64,000 nucleotides of DNA, from IMG/VR virus record IMGVR_UViG_3300035136_000035. The stretch is one strand, 5' to 3'. A program made the position numbers and the translations under genes. Origin of the DNA: an uncultured virus (IMG/VR IMGVR_UViG_3300035136_000035). Its lineage: Duplodnaviria; Heunggongvirae; Uroviricota; Caudoviricetes. This document shows, piece after piece, positions 55,317-64,000 of the stretch (position 1 is its first letter; every line of letters starts with the position of its first letter). The notes beneath the pieces were generated by a model. It did no database searches and was not told where the DNA came from. It was given only the letters and a program-made list of their open reading frames with translations.

Positions 55317-55994
55317 ATGAAATTATCTATATCAAAAAATAAAATTATAGTTGGTATTATTTTATTATTATTAATAAGTAATGGCTTATTTTTTAAAATG
55401 TACAGAAAACAAGTAAAGACTAAAAATTCTATTAGAAATAATTATATAGCAATTACAGACAGTCTAAAAATATATAAATCTAAATCTGGTAATTATTATG
55501 TCCAGGCTAAAGAATTAACATTTCGTGTTCGGGAATTAAAGGAAACTGTTAATAGTAAAGATTCATTATTATCATCAATTCATTTTTCAATAAAAGACAA
55601 GGATAAACAAATCAGGACATTGAAAGATTTATTATACGTATATATAGAAAATGAAGGAAAAGGAGAAGGAAAACTAGAAGAAGTTAAACAAGGCATAGGT
55701 ACTGATTATGGGTTTGAAATATCAGAAGAAAAATGCAAAGAATTAATCATTGATGATGGATATTTAAATTTACAGGCATTAATTTGTATTGACCAAGAAA
55801 ATTCTCCTTATTCATATACCGATAATATATATGTAGAAGTAATAACAGATGTATATAGAAAGCCAAATAAAAATGGCAAACAAGTAATTATTCCTTTCAG
55901 GTGGTTCAGGAAATGGATTGGCCGTACTACTGTATCTTCACAAAATCCTAATTCACAAGTAAAATCAGCTACTAAAGTAAATATTATAAAATAA
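55317..55994 (+). CDS. putative spanin/lysis accessory protein
   Basis: N-terminal TM, coiled coil, C-terminal PFRWF...SQNPNS; lies at the end of the lysis block. Confidence 0.5.
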   Translation: MKLSISKNKIIVGIILLLLISNGLFFKMYRKQVKTKNSIRNNYIAITDSLKIYKSKSGNYYVQAKELTFRVRELKETVNSKDSLLSSIHFSIKDKDKQIRTLKDLLYVYIENEGKGEGKLEEVKQGIGTDYGFEISEEKCKELIIDDGYLNLQALICIDQENSPYSYTDNIYVEVITDVYRKPNKNGKQVIIPFRWFRKWIGRTTVSSQNPNSQVKSATKVNIIK

Positions 55995-56041
55995 TTATAA
56001 ACTTTTTATACAAATTTGTATAATTGAATTAATATTTTACT

Positions 56042-56097
56042 TATCTTTGTATATAGTTTTTTCATAGGGTTATTTGATTTAGTTAGTTCTTTGACAA
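56042..56097 (+). promoter_or_regulatory. -7 promoter element plus boxA-like element
   Basis: TATCTTTG at 56042-56049; AGTTCTTTGACAA at 56085-56097. Confidence 0.55.
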
Positions 56098-56255
56098 TCT
56101 GTATGAAAAGATGCATATCATCAGTAGATACAAACGAATAGCTTGAGCGATTGAGATAAGCCCCTCACAATATTTGTAATGGAGTGAGCATCGTAAATAA
56201 AAAATAGGCAAATCAAGACAAACGTCCCTGTACAAATTCTACCATATAGATTGTC
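56093..56255 (+). ncRNA. candidate structured leader/ncRNA
   Basis: 13-bp closing stem GACAATCTGTATG/CATATAGATTGTC around a non-coding segment of higher GC. Confidence 0.5.
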
Positions 56256-56270
56256 TTTTAAATTAAAATT

Positions 56271-56498
56271 ATGGATAATAAAGAATGGGAAAAAATAAAA
56301 AAAGAAAGAGAACAGAAAATTAATAAATTTGCAAAAGAATTAAAAAAATTAATGAATAAACATAAAATTACTTTTGCAGAAAATGAGCAGTATGATGGAC
56401 ATGAAAATTATTGTGGTAGTGATTTATATTTCGCGGTAGACGGAGAGATATATTGGAGTAAAATGGTTGCAGAAATATTAAATGAATTATATGAATGA
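56271..56498 (+). CDS. hypothetical protein
   Basis: ORF track. Confidence 0.65.
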   Translation: MDNKEWEKIKKEREQKINKFAKELKKLMNKHKITFAENEQYDGHENYCGSDLYFAVDGEIYWSKMVAEILNELYE

Positions 56499-56829
56499 TT
56501 TTTTAATTCAACCTCATAAAATAGATGAAGATTTTTTATTAGAAATTAGTAATAAAACAGGAGTTTATTTAGACCAAGTAAAATATATATTTAGGCATAA
56601 TGTTATGTCAATAGACCAGATGGCTTTTTTACTTCGTAGAAGTAGGATGGTAATAAATTATGCTTTACAAAGTAAGATTGATTCAAAAACAAAAGAAGAA
56701 ATTGAACCTTCATTAACATCAATTAATCCATTTCAAACTGCAATTAATCCAGGACAAACATTAATTGTTATTGATGATAAATGTATTGAATTTATTAAGC
56801 ATAAATTAAGAATGGTAAAATTTTATTAA
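56482..56829 (+). CDS. hypothetical protein, possible HTH
   Basis: MSIDQMAFLLRRSRMVI. Confidence 0.55.
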   Translation: MNYMNDFLIQPHKIDEDFLLEISNKTGVYLDQVKYIFRHNVMSIDQMAFLLRRSRMVINYALQSKIDSKTKEEIEPSLTSINPFQTAINPGQTLIVIDDKCIEFIKHKLRMVKFY

Positions 56830-56830
56830 C

Positions 56831-57175
56831 ATGAAAGAATTAATATTAGGGAATTACAAAATAGAAAGTGATAAATTTGGATTTATTATTTCAGAAAAGA
56901 AAATAAATAAAGGTCAATCTAAAAACAAAAAAAGTAATCCTGATAATATTGGTAAGGAATATTTTACTTATCATACTTATCATTCAAATATTGAAAGTGT
57001 AGTAACTAATCTATTAGAAAGAGGGGCAAGAGAATATATAGACGATTTAAAAAAAATGTTTTCTTTTTATGTGAAGATTAAAAATTCATTTCATAATTTT
57101 TTGGAATTAGAATTACAACGAAACATAACGTCAAAAGATAAAGCAAGTGTTTATAAAAGCACTAAAGTAACATAG
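56831..57175 (+). CDS. hypothetical protein whose C-terminus runs into an attC-like arm
   Basis: The last ~16 codons lie inside 57123-57201. Confidence 0.65.
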   Translation: MKELILGNYKIESDKFGFIISEKKINKGQSKNKKSNPDNIGKEYFTYHTYHSNIESVVTNLLERGAREYIDDLKKMFSFYVKIKNSFHNFLELELQRNITSKDKASVYKSTKVT

Positions 57176-57201
57176 CGCATTAATTTTATACATTGTTATA
57201 C
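57123..57201 (-). mobile_element. attC-like hairpin
   Basis: ACATAAC-gtcaaaagATAAA...TTTTATACATT-GTTATAC; same right arm as at 57747-57760. Confidence 0.6.
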
Positions 57202-57213
57202 GCTTTTAATTAG

Positions 57214-57450
57214 GTGATTATGAATTTATTTAAGCAAAGAAAAACAACCCTATATAATGGGCAAAAAGTAAAAGAAGGCGATAAAGTATACTTCATAAAT
57301 TCAGACGGTGTTAAATGTGAAGGATTAATTGAAAGAAGGCTTTTTGATTGCGTTCATTCAGATACAAATGAGAGGTTGAAAAAAGGCACATTATTCTTTT
57401 GGAACAACTCATTTAAGCCTTCTGATTATAGAAGTTTGGTTGTGTCTTAA
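57214..57450 (+). CDS. hypothetical cassette protein
   Basis: Lies between attC-like sites; downstream core degenerate (GCACACAAA). Confidence 0.7.
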   Translation: MIMNLFKQRKTTLYNGQKVKEGDKVYFINSDGVKCEGLIERRLFDCVHSDTNERLKKGTLFFWNNSFKPSDYRSLVVS

Positions 57451-57454
57451 TTGC

Positions 57455-57546
57455 ACACAAAGGACAGCGGTAAGAGTAGGCCGCTTTGTAGACTGCTCAA
57501 ATTTAGTAATAGCTTTCATGCGGCTTACTTTTACCGCATGTTATAA
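57455..57546 (-). mobile_element. attC-like hairpin, sister of 914-1005
   Basis: GGACAGCGGTAAGAGTAGGCCGC...GCGGCTTACTTTTACCGCAT-GTTA; arms identical, loop diverged. Confidence 0.85.
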
Positions 57547-57558
57547 ATTGTAAAAATT

Positions 57559-57714
57559 ATGGACGAATTTGAAGTACAATGTAATGAGTGCGATTGGCAA
57601 GGTTATGCACTTGATTTAGTAAGCAAAACAGCAGATTTAGACGACAAAGATTTTAAATACTGTCCTAATTGCGGGTCGGACGATATAGATGATATTGATT
57701 ATGAAGATTATTAA
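57559..57714 (+). CDS. acidic zinc-ribbon cassette protein (51 aa, not in ORF track)
   Basis: MDEFEVQCNECDWQG...YCPNCGSDDIDDIDYEDY. Confidence 0.75.
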   Translation: MDEFEVQCNECDWQGYALDLVSKTADLDDKDFKYCPNCGSDDIDDIDYEDY

Positions 57715-57764
57715 TAACGTTGAGTATAAAATTTCGTTTTAATGAATTTTATACATTGTTACCG
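57712..57764 (-). mobile_element. attC-like hairpin, sister of 479-531
   Basis: TAAC-gttgaG TATAAAATT tcgttttaatg AATTTTATAC att-GTTACCG; loop TCGTTTTAATG shared with 499-509 (minus). Confidence 0.8.
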
Positions 57765-57806
57765 TGTCGTTTTGTGCGGTGGTAGTGTATAGCAAAATAA
57801 ATAAAT

Positions 57807-58010
57807 ATGATTATAGATAATAGTAGATATTACGACACAGATGTACATTGTAGTACATGTGGAAAGGTTTACAGACCTTCTAAAGATGCAGATATTAAAG
57901 AAAAGCTTAATGTACCTCCATTAGTTGCAAATATTTTTTGCAGCAGAGAGTGTAAAGAGAAGTACGATGAATTTTTAGAACAAAACCGAGCGGTGGCAAA
58001 TGCACGGTAA
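57807..58010 (+). CDS. zinc-finger cassette protein
   Basis: CSTC...FCSREC; ends GTTACCGTG (57758) and CACGGTAAC (58003-58011) are perfectly complementary; stop codon lies in the core. Confidence 0.8.
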   Translation: MIIDNSRYYDTDVHCSTCGKVYRPSKDADIKEKLNVPPLVANIFCSRECKEKYDEFLEQNRAVANAR

Positions 58011-58234
58011 CGGACAGGTATATGAGCCGTGCGGATTAACCCACGGACAATCGAACGAGGTACATAGTAATAATTTTAAAATATTTTTTAGGGATGGAAA
58101 AATCTACAGAAACATTAGTAAAAATGATTGAATTAAATAATTCAATTAATCAGGTTAATAAAGAAAATGAAATGACAAAAAATAACGAAACTCCAGCAAC
58201 CGACAAGGCTATGCAATATGAGTCTGTGTTAGCA
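58005..58234 (-). mobile_element. long, degenerate or hybrid attC-like site with coding loop
   Basis: CGGTAAC-GGACAG... to ...CTGT-GTTAGCA; arms pair only partially. Confidence 0.5.
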
Positions 58235-58375
58235 AACGTTTTATCAAATACAGACCATTGGTTTGACTGCAATTTGAGAGCTTTGCTTGGCGCAGAAATA
58301 GCCCTTATTAAAAAGGGGAAAAAGAAACAGATTGACAGAAAAATGTTAGCAGACTGGATTACTAACCACCTTTAA
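58094..58375 (+). CDS. hypothetical cassette protein with attC-encoded N-terminus
   Basis: Crosses the core at MQYESVLANV; ends GTTAGCAAACGTTT and AAATGTTTGCTAAC. Confidence 0.7.
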   Translation: MEKSTETLVKMIELNNSINQVNKENEMTKNNETPATDKAMQYESVLANVLSNTDHWFDCNLRALLGAEIALIKKGKKKQIDRKMLADWITNHL

Positions 58376-58380
58376 ATGTT

Positions 58381-58419
58381 TGCTAACTTGTTTATATAAA
58401 CAATGAAAAATATTTCACT
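58381..58419 (-). mobile_element. attI-like terminal half-site of the four-cassette array
   Basis: 35 bp identical (inverted) to 116-150. Confidence 0.75.
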
Positions 58420-58478
58420 AATGGAAAACTCTGAACAGGTAAGGAATAGAATAGTTGAACTCGTAAAAATTTAAAATT

Positions 58479-58709
58479 ATGACAGATTTAAAAAACGATA
58501 TTATATTATTTAATAAGTGGTTATTCGATAATAATTTTATTCCTAATAATTCTTTTTTATGGTTTGATCACACAAAAAGTATAGATGAAATATTATTTTT
58601 TGAATTAGAAGAATTATTTGATGCATTTAACAATGGATTAACTATTGAAGAATTAATACAAAAAAAGAATAATGATATAAAAATTTTTTTTAATAAATAT
58701 TGTTTATGA
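58479..58709 (+). CDS. hypothetical protein
   Basis: ORF track. Confidence 0.55.
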   Translation: MTDLKNDIILFNKWLFDNNFIPNNSFLWFDHTKSIDEILFFELEELFDAFNNGLTIEELIQKKNNDIKIFFNKYCL

Positions 58710-59368
58710 ATATGATAGAAAATAATTATTTAACAAATATTCCAAAAGATGTTTCAAATTATGGATTATGCAAAGTATTTGCTGTAAGGAGAGAAATAAT
58801 ACATATAAAACATATTTTAACTGAAATATTCGTTAGAAGAACTATTGATATTGAATATTATTTAATACAATTAGATATGTCATTATTTAGTTATATTGAA
58901 TATATTACAAATAGAATTAGGAAAATACATCATTTTACAAGAAAATACTTTAATGATATTGATAAAATTATAAAGGATGATAGAGATAAATTTTTCCCTA
59001 CATTGAATTTATATAAAGGATTAAATAATTGTATTGTTTTAGATTTTGATGATGTTATAACTAAAAATAATTTTAATGAACTTTATGAACTATGTTGTAT
59101 AAGATCAATAGTTCATGTATGTTCAGCGAATCCTACTATTGATATTAGCTTTTTTAATAAAAGAGGATTAAGTATTCCATATCAAATTCATTCTATGAAA
59201 GGTAAAATAAAAAAGATAAAAAGATTATTAGAGATACAAAAAAAATATGATTATGTTTTTTATGTAGATAATGAGATTGAATATTTAAAATTTGCATGGA
59301 TATTTGGGATTCAAACATATCATTGGAATAACAAAGAAATAAAATATTTTTCTCTTAAAAGTAGATAA
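58700..59368 (+). CDS. HAD-superfamily-like protein
   Basis: IVLDFDDVI (motif I), VCSA (motif II), FYVDNE (motif IV). Confidence 0.65.
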   Translation: MFMNMIENNYLTNIPKDVSNYGLCKVFAVRREIIHIKHILTEIFVRRTIDIEYYLIQLDMSLFSYIEYITNRIRKIHHFTRKYFNDIDKIIKDDRDKFFPTLNLYKGLNNCIVLDFDDVITKNNFNELYELCCIRSIVHVCSANPTIDISFFNKRGLSIPYQIHSMKGKIKKIKRLLEIQKKYDYVFYVDNEIEYLKFAWIFGIQTYHWNNKEIKYFSLKSR

Positions 59369-61831
59369 ATGAAACCTATTTTACAAAATATTGATTTTGG
59401 TAAATTACCACCTTCTGCAATTGATATAGAATGTGCTATTTTAGGGGCTGTTTTAAATTATCCAGAATCATTAAATGAAATAACAGATATATTAATTCCA
59501 GAATCATTTTATAAGGATGAACATCAGAAGATATATTCAGCCATATTAGAACTTGATAGGAACGATAATAAGATTGATATATTGACAGTTCAAGAAGAAT
59601 TAAGAAAAAAAAATGAACTTGAAGATATAGGCGGTCCTGTATATATAACAGGATTGATTTCAAAAGTAATATCTTCTTCTCATATATTAGAACATGCACG
59701 TATAATAAAGGAAAAATATTTAGCTAGGGAATTAATTATGATATCTTCTGAAATTAATACTATGGCATTTGATGATTCAGTAGACATATCTGATCGTATA
59801 GATAGAGCTAATCAATTATTTGATGACTTTAATGAGTTAGCAGCCGGCAAGTCATATTTTAAACATTTAAATGGAGTCCTTAATAAAGTTATGGAAATAT
59901 TTGTAAAGAGAGAGGCATTGGCAAAAGAAGGTAAATTGGTAGGATTAAGAACTCCTTTAAAGGAACTTAATAAGTTAACTGGCGGATGGAGAAGTGAGTT
60001 GATTATTATTGCTGCTCGCCCTGGGGCGGGAAAATGTCTTGGAAGAGGGACAAAGATATTAATGTATGATGGAAGTTATAAATGTGTTGAAAATATTAAT
60101 AAGAATGATTTGCTAATGGGAATTGATTCAAAACCACGAAAAGTATTACAAACTTGTATTGGAATTGATCAAATGTATCTTATTAAACAAAAAAATGGAT
60201 ATAATTATAGATGTAATGGAAATCATATATTATCATTAAAAGTTAGTGGAAAAGATTTTCAAAAAACGTATGGTAAATTATATAATATATCTGTTAAAGA
60301 TTATTTTAATTTACCAAATAGATTACAAGATAAATTAAAAGGGTATAAAATTGGGATTGAATTTGAAGAAAATAATGATTTATTAATACCACCTTATTTA
60401 TTAGGAGTATGGTTAGCTGATGGATCATCATCAAAATCAGTAATACATAATCCAGATATAGAAATTGAAGAATATATAAAACAATATTGTTATGAGAACA
60501 ATTTTAAGTATTCAAAAAAAATATATGATTTAAAAAACTGTCCAGAACATCGGATAACTGGAGAGTATTATAGAAATTTTTTACAATTACTTAGAAAATT
60601 AAATATATTAAATAATAAACATATTCCGAAAGAATATCTTATTAATTCAAGAAAAAACAGATTAGAATTATTGGCAGGTTTATTAGATGGAGATGGTTAT
60701 AGATATGGTTTTTCTTATGAAATATCTCAAAAAAGAGAAATATTAGCACAGCAAATATTATATCTGTCAAATACATTGGGATTTGGAACATCTATATCGC
60801 ATGAAAAGAAAAGAATAAAATCGATAGACTTTGAAGGATATTATTACAGATTACATATTAGTGGAGAAATAAAAGATATTCCTTGTAGAATTAATAGAAA
60901 AAAAGCACCTAATAGAAAAAAGTTAGCTAATTATTCAACAACTTATGGTGTTGAAATAATAAAAGATAAAATAGATTTTTATTATGGGTTTGAATTAGAC
61001 GGAGATGGATTATTTTTATTAGAAGATAATACAGTAACACATAATTCTGCAATAGCATTAGCTATATCAAAAACATTAGCATTTGAAAATATTCCAGTCT
61101 GTATATATAGTCTTGAAATGTCTGATTATTCGTTAGGAGAAAGGCTTGTATATGCAGAAGCAGACATGGATGATGGAGATATATATAAGGCTAATCATGG
61201 GTACATGAATGATACTTTATGGGTGAAGATTAAAAGGTCTAAAGCAAGACTCGAAAAACTTCCTATATATATTGATGATAATTCTTGTGTAGATGTTAAT
61301 TATATAAAATCTCATTCAAGGATAATGAAGAAAAAGAATCTATGTGGTATTATTATAATAGATTATCTTCAATTAGCCTCTGGTAAAAGAGAAAGAGGCA
61401 AGAGTAAGGCTGAAATGATAAGCGATATTTGCAGGGAATTAAGAACACTAAGGAAGAATTTAGACATTCCAATTATAGTTTTAAGCCAGTTAAATAGGGA
61501 GGTAGAAAAAAGAGGAGGAGATAAAAGACCTCAATTATCAGATATAAAAGAAAGTGGAGGTGTGGAAGAAAGTGCAGATATGATTATGTTTATTCATCGT
61601 CCAGCATATTACAATGTTCCTATTGATGAAAAAGGCAATTCGACCGAAAGAATGGGAGAACTAATAATTTCCAAGAATAAGAACGGTCCTATAGATACAA
61701 TAAAATTCAGTCATAATAAAAGTCTTACTAAAATAACTGATTATTTACCAATTAAAGAAGAAAAAGAACCTGAAAAGATAAAAACACAACCGGATTTATT
61801 TAAAAATAGTTTAGATGATGTACCATTTTAA
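59369..61831 (+). CDS. dnaB: replicative DNA helicase DnaB containing an intein
   Basis: LPPSAIDIECAILG, AARPGAGK/S, YSLEMS, IIDYLQL, LSQLNREVE and LSDIKESGGVEESAD. Confidence 0.97.
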   Translation: MKPILQNIDFGKLPPSAIDIECAILGAVLNYPESLNEITDILIPESFYKDEHQKIYSAILELDRNDNKIDILTVQEELRKKNELEDIGGPVYITGLISKVISSSHILEHARIIKEKYLARELIMISSEINTMAFDDSVDISDRIDRANQLFDDFNELAAGKSYFKHLNGVLNKVMEIFVKREALAKEGKLVGLRTPLKELNKLTGGWRSELIIIAARPGAGKCLGRGTKILMYDGSYKCVENINKNDLLMGIDSKPRKVLQTCIGIDQMYLIKQKNGYNYRCNGNHILSLKVSGKDFQKTYGKLYNISVKDYFNLPNRLQDKLKGYKIGIEFEENNDLLIPPYLLGVWLADGSSSKSVIHNPDIEIEEYIKQYCYENNFKYSKKIYDLKNCPEHRITGEYYRNFLQLLRKLNILNNKHIPKEYLINSRKNRLELLAGLLDGDGYRYGFSYEISQKREILAQQILYLSNTLGFGTSISHEKKRIKSIDFEGYYYRLHISGEIKDIPCRINRKKAPNRKKLANYSTTYGVEIIKDKIDFYYGFELDGDGLFLLEDNTVTHNSAIALAISKTLAFENIPVCIYSLEMSDYSLGERLVYAEADMDDGDIYKANHGYMNDTLWVKIKRSKARLEKLPIYIDDNSCVDVNYIKSHSRIMKKKNLCGIIIIDYLQLASGKRERGKSKAEMISDICRELRTLRKNLDIPIIVLSQLNREVEKRGGDKRPQLSDIKESGGVEESADMIMFIHRPAYYNVPIDEKGNSTERMGELIISKNKNGPIDTIKFSHNKSLTKITDYLPIKEEKEPEKIKTQPDLFKNSLDDVPF
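60035..61045 (+). mobile_element. intein (337 aa) with LAGLIDADG homing endonuclease
   Basis: Begins CLGRGT after Walker A GK and ends VTHN before Ser; LLGVWLADGS and LLAGLLDGDG helices. Confidence 0.95.
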
Positions 61832-61841
61832 ATTATAAATT

Positions 61842-62195
61842 ATGAAAAACAAATTTCCAAGAGTTAAAATACCTCAATTAACATGTTTTTACAGGATGGA
61901 AATAAGACAAATATATTCTGATTATATTTTATTGCCATTTTGGAAAAGATGGATAGTATCATTATTAAATCAAAAAGAAAAATATTTATCATACCGTATT
62001 GATTTGATATGTCCTAATTTTCAGAATAAATTTAAAAAGAATGATTATTTTATGATGGGCAGGCATCAATTCAAAACGATAAGTATTGAAGAAAAATTAA
62101 TCCATATAAGTACTATTGTTAAGGATTTAAGTATTTTTATACTCGATATAACACATATTCATTATTCTCACAGTTTAAATATATACAAGAAATGA
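61842..62195 (+). CDS. hypothetical protein
   Basis: Packed ORF. Confidence 0.55.
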   Translation: MKNKFPRVKIPQLTCFYRMEIRQIYSDYILLPFWKRWIVSLLNQKEKYLSYRIDLICPNFQNKFKKNDYFMMGRHQFKTISIEEKLIHISTIVKDLSIFILDITHIHYSHSLNIYKK

Positions 62196-62584
62196 GTAAA
62201 CTAGACATTGAAAATATTGATCCAATTGTAAAAAAAGCATGGGAATTATTAGATGAATTTAATGAAAAGACATTAATTCCTATGAAAAACAATTTAGAAA
62301 TTCAATGGAATGAATTACAAAATGGTATGAAAATTGAGAATTATGATATTTCAAAAGCTAGGTATGAAAAGTTTTATAATATATATCTTAGTTGTAAAGA
62401 AGCGTTGGATGATTATATTTCTTTATTAGTATCATTTTATAATATAAAGATTCAAATAGAAAAGAGTAAAATTAAAGAAAGTGTAGAAAAAGGAAGATTA
62501 TTACCAAGCCAGATTACAGTTACAAAGTCTATAATAAATCTCATGTATGAATTATTTGATTATTATGAAAGGAAAAATAAATGA
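62192..62584 (+). CDS. hypothetical helical protein
   Basis: Packed ORF. Confidence 0.6.
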   Translation: MSKLDIENIDPIVKKAWELLDEFNEKTLIPMKNNLEIQWNELQNGMKIENYDISKARYEKFYNIYLSCKEALDDYISLLVSFYNIKIQIEKSKIKESVEKGRLLPSQITVTKSIINLMYELFDYYERKNK

Positions 62585-63765
62585 AAACAGATAATTTAAC
62601 ATTTTATAGGATACCATTACATACTGATGCATGGTATAGATTCAGGACAACAGGCTTAACAAAAGAAGATGCGAAACAATATAATTGTCCTGTTTTTACA
62701 GGAGGTGTCGGATCTTCTGAAATAGCTACAATATTAAGGCATCCACCATCTGAAAAAGCAAGGCCAATTATTCAAGATTATTATCATTGGAAATTAGGGA
62801 CTATTATACCAGATAATGAAACAACTGAATTAATGATAGGAGGATTGGAAGATGAAGAAAGGATTAAAAATAGGTGGAGATGTTATGCTGGCGAAAATGA
62901 TTTTATTGATAGATATTGGAATTGGTATAATGCACCTCCAAATGAAAAAAGTAAATATATTATCAGGAATGCTAAACGTATTAATGCTTATATAGTAAAT
63001 AAAAAATATCCCTGGTTATTTAGTTCATTTGATTTTTGGGCTGAAAAAAATTCTCATTCATTTGACGGAATAATTAAACTGGAAGGTTTTCCACTTGAAA
63101 CAAAAAGTACTTCTTATTTTTATATTAGAAATTTTGAAGATCAATTTCCTGATTCGTTTAACATACAAGTACATCAAGAGATGATTATATCTGAATCTGA
63201 TTATGCAGAAGTAGGATTATTAGTTGATAGGAGGTTCAGGTGTATACCAGTCGAACGAAATGAAAAGCTTTGTAATTGGATTCTTGAAAAATCGTATGAA
63301 TTTTGGCAAACAGTTCTTAAAGGCAGGGAATATCTTGTTGAAAGAAATAAAGCCTTAGAAAAAAATAACATCGAAGAATTTAATAAATTTCAGGCTTATA
63401 TAGACAGTTTAGAACCATTACCGGACGACAATCCTGCTTATGAAGATTTGATCAAAGAGAGACACGTTCAAGATATCGAGATGGTAAAAGGAAGTATAGA
63501 AGATTACAAGAATGCTAAATTATATGATTCTATTCTTGAATATGAAAAATTACTTGGTTCTAAAAAACAATTTGCTAAAAATTTATTATTAAAAAAATTA
63601 GATGATAATAATGCAGGTCAAATTGATTTTGATAAACTAGGAAAAGTAACACATATAATAGAGGGTAAAAAAACAAATCCTACTTTTAGAGTAAGTTTAA
63701 AAGAATCAGTAAATAAGAAATCAATAAAAGAAGAATTTGATAAAATTAATTTTAATAAATTATGA
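62581..63765 (+). CDS. YqaJ/lambda-exonuclease-like recombination nuclease
   Basis: WYRFR, GVGSSEIATI, PWLFSSFD, LETKST and QVHQEM motifs. Confidence 0.8.
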   Translation: MKTDNLTFYRIPLHTDAWYRFRTTGLTKEDAKQYNCPVFTGGVGSSEIATILRHPPSEKARPIIQDYYHWKLGTIIPDNETTELMIGGLEDEERIKNRWRCYAGENDFIDRYWNWYNAPPNEKSKYIIRNAKRINAYIVNKKYPWLFSSFDFWAEKNSHSFDGIIKLEGFPLETKSTSYFYIRNFEDQFPDSFNIQVHQEMIISESDYAEVGLLVDRRFRCIPVERNEKLCNWILEKSYEFWQTVLKGREYLVERNKALEKNNIEEFNKFQAYIDSLEPLPDDNPAYEDLIKERHVQDIEMVKGSIEDYKNAKLYDSILEYEKLLGSKKQFAKNLLLKKLDDNNAGQIDFDKLGKVTHIIEGKKTNPTFRVSLKESVNKKSIKEEFDKINFNKL

Positions 63766-64000
63766 AAACAACATTAACACAACAAGAATTAAGTAATATA
63801 ATAAGATTTTTTAGTATGTTTTATGTTACAAATCCAATATTAATTAATGAAAATATTAATATTGATGGATTAGAAACAAATGGATTTAAATTTATAAAAA
63901 ATAAACAAATTAAAGGAATTGTTGCTTTTAGTAAAGAATATATTTTAAATGGTTTAGATATATTAATAAAAGATTATTTTGAAATAATAGATAAATATTT
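63762..64000 (+). CDS. hypothetical protein, partial (runs off the window)
   Basis: ATGA overlap; MKTTLTQQELSNIIRFF... stays open to the window end. Confidence 0.55.
   Translation, partial: MKTTLTQQELSNIIRFFSMFYVTNPILINENINIDGLETNGFKFIKNKQIKGIVAFSKEYILNGLDILIKDYFEIIDKY

Noticed and set aside
58421..58470. Target duplication flanking the four-cassette array
   Set aside because: Only weak AT-rich similarity to upstream sequence; not convincing
1..64000. Stop-codon reassignment as seen in some crAss-like phages
   Set aside because: Long genes are intact in the standard code, TAG and TGA end genes at sensible boundaries, and no suppressor tRNA was found
1..64000. Integrase, reverse transcriptase or DGR as the cassette mobiliser
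   Set aside because: No ORF with tyrosine/serine recombinase or RT motifs was recognised; the 122-bp repeat is exact rather than adenine-variable

Overview
Very AT-rich 64-kb segment of a tailed dsDNA phage of Bacteroidota, crAss-like in gene content and order, read in the standard code. 1-7.8 kb is a leftward block of small early/accessory genes. 8.6-22 kb is a rightward accessory, regulatory and replication block: ECF sigma, tRNA-Met, BRO protein, interrupted replication initiator, NUDIX and GroES-like genes. 22-52 kb holds terminase, portal, scaffold, major capsid, tail, fibre and ejection genes. 52-56 kb is lysis, and 56-64 kb is replication/recombination (intein-containing DnaB, YqaJ-like nuclease). 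Main observation: a dispersed integron-like gene-cassette system at about seven loci, with about 12 cassettes. Small genes are bounded by mutually complementary GTTRRRY/RYYYAAC-type core sites and separated by attC-like hairpins, and most arrays end in a conserved non-hairpin attI-like half-site. The genes appear to lie opposite to the attC polarity, several attC loops supply in-frame N-termini, and no integrase is present in the window. Also seen: a type-P3 twister ribozyme, three tRNA-like minihelices, boxA-like sites, a tail-stabilisation gene split by a fibre module, and Sec-type signal peptides on fibre-region proteins. All calls are from motif recognition by eye; no database searches were run.
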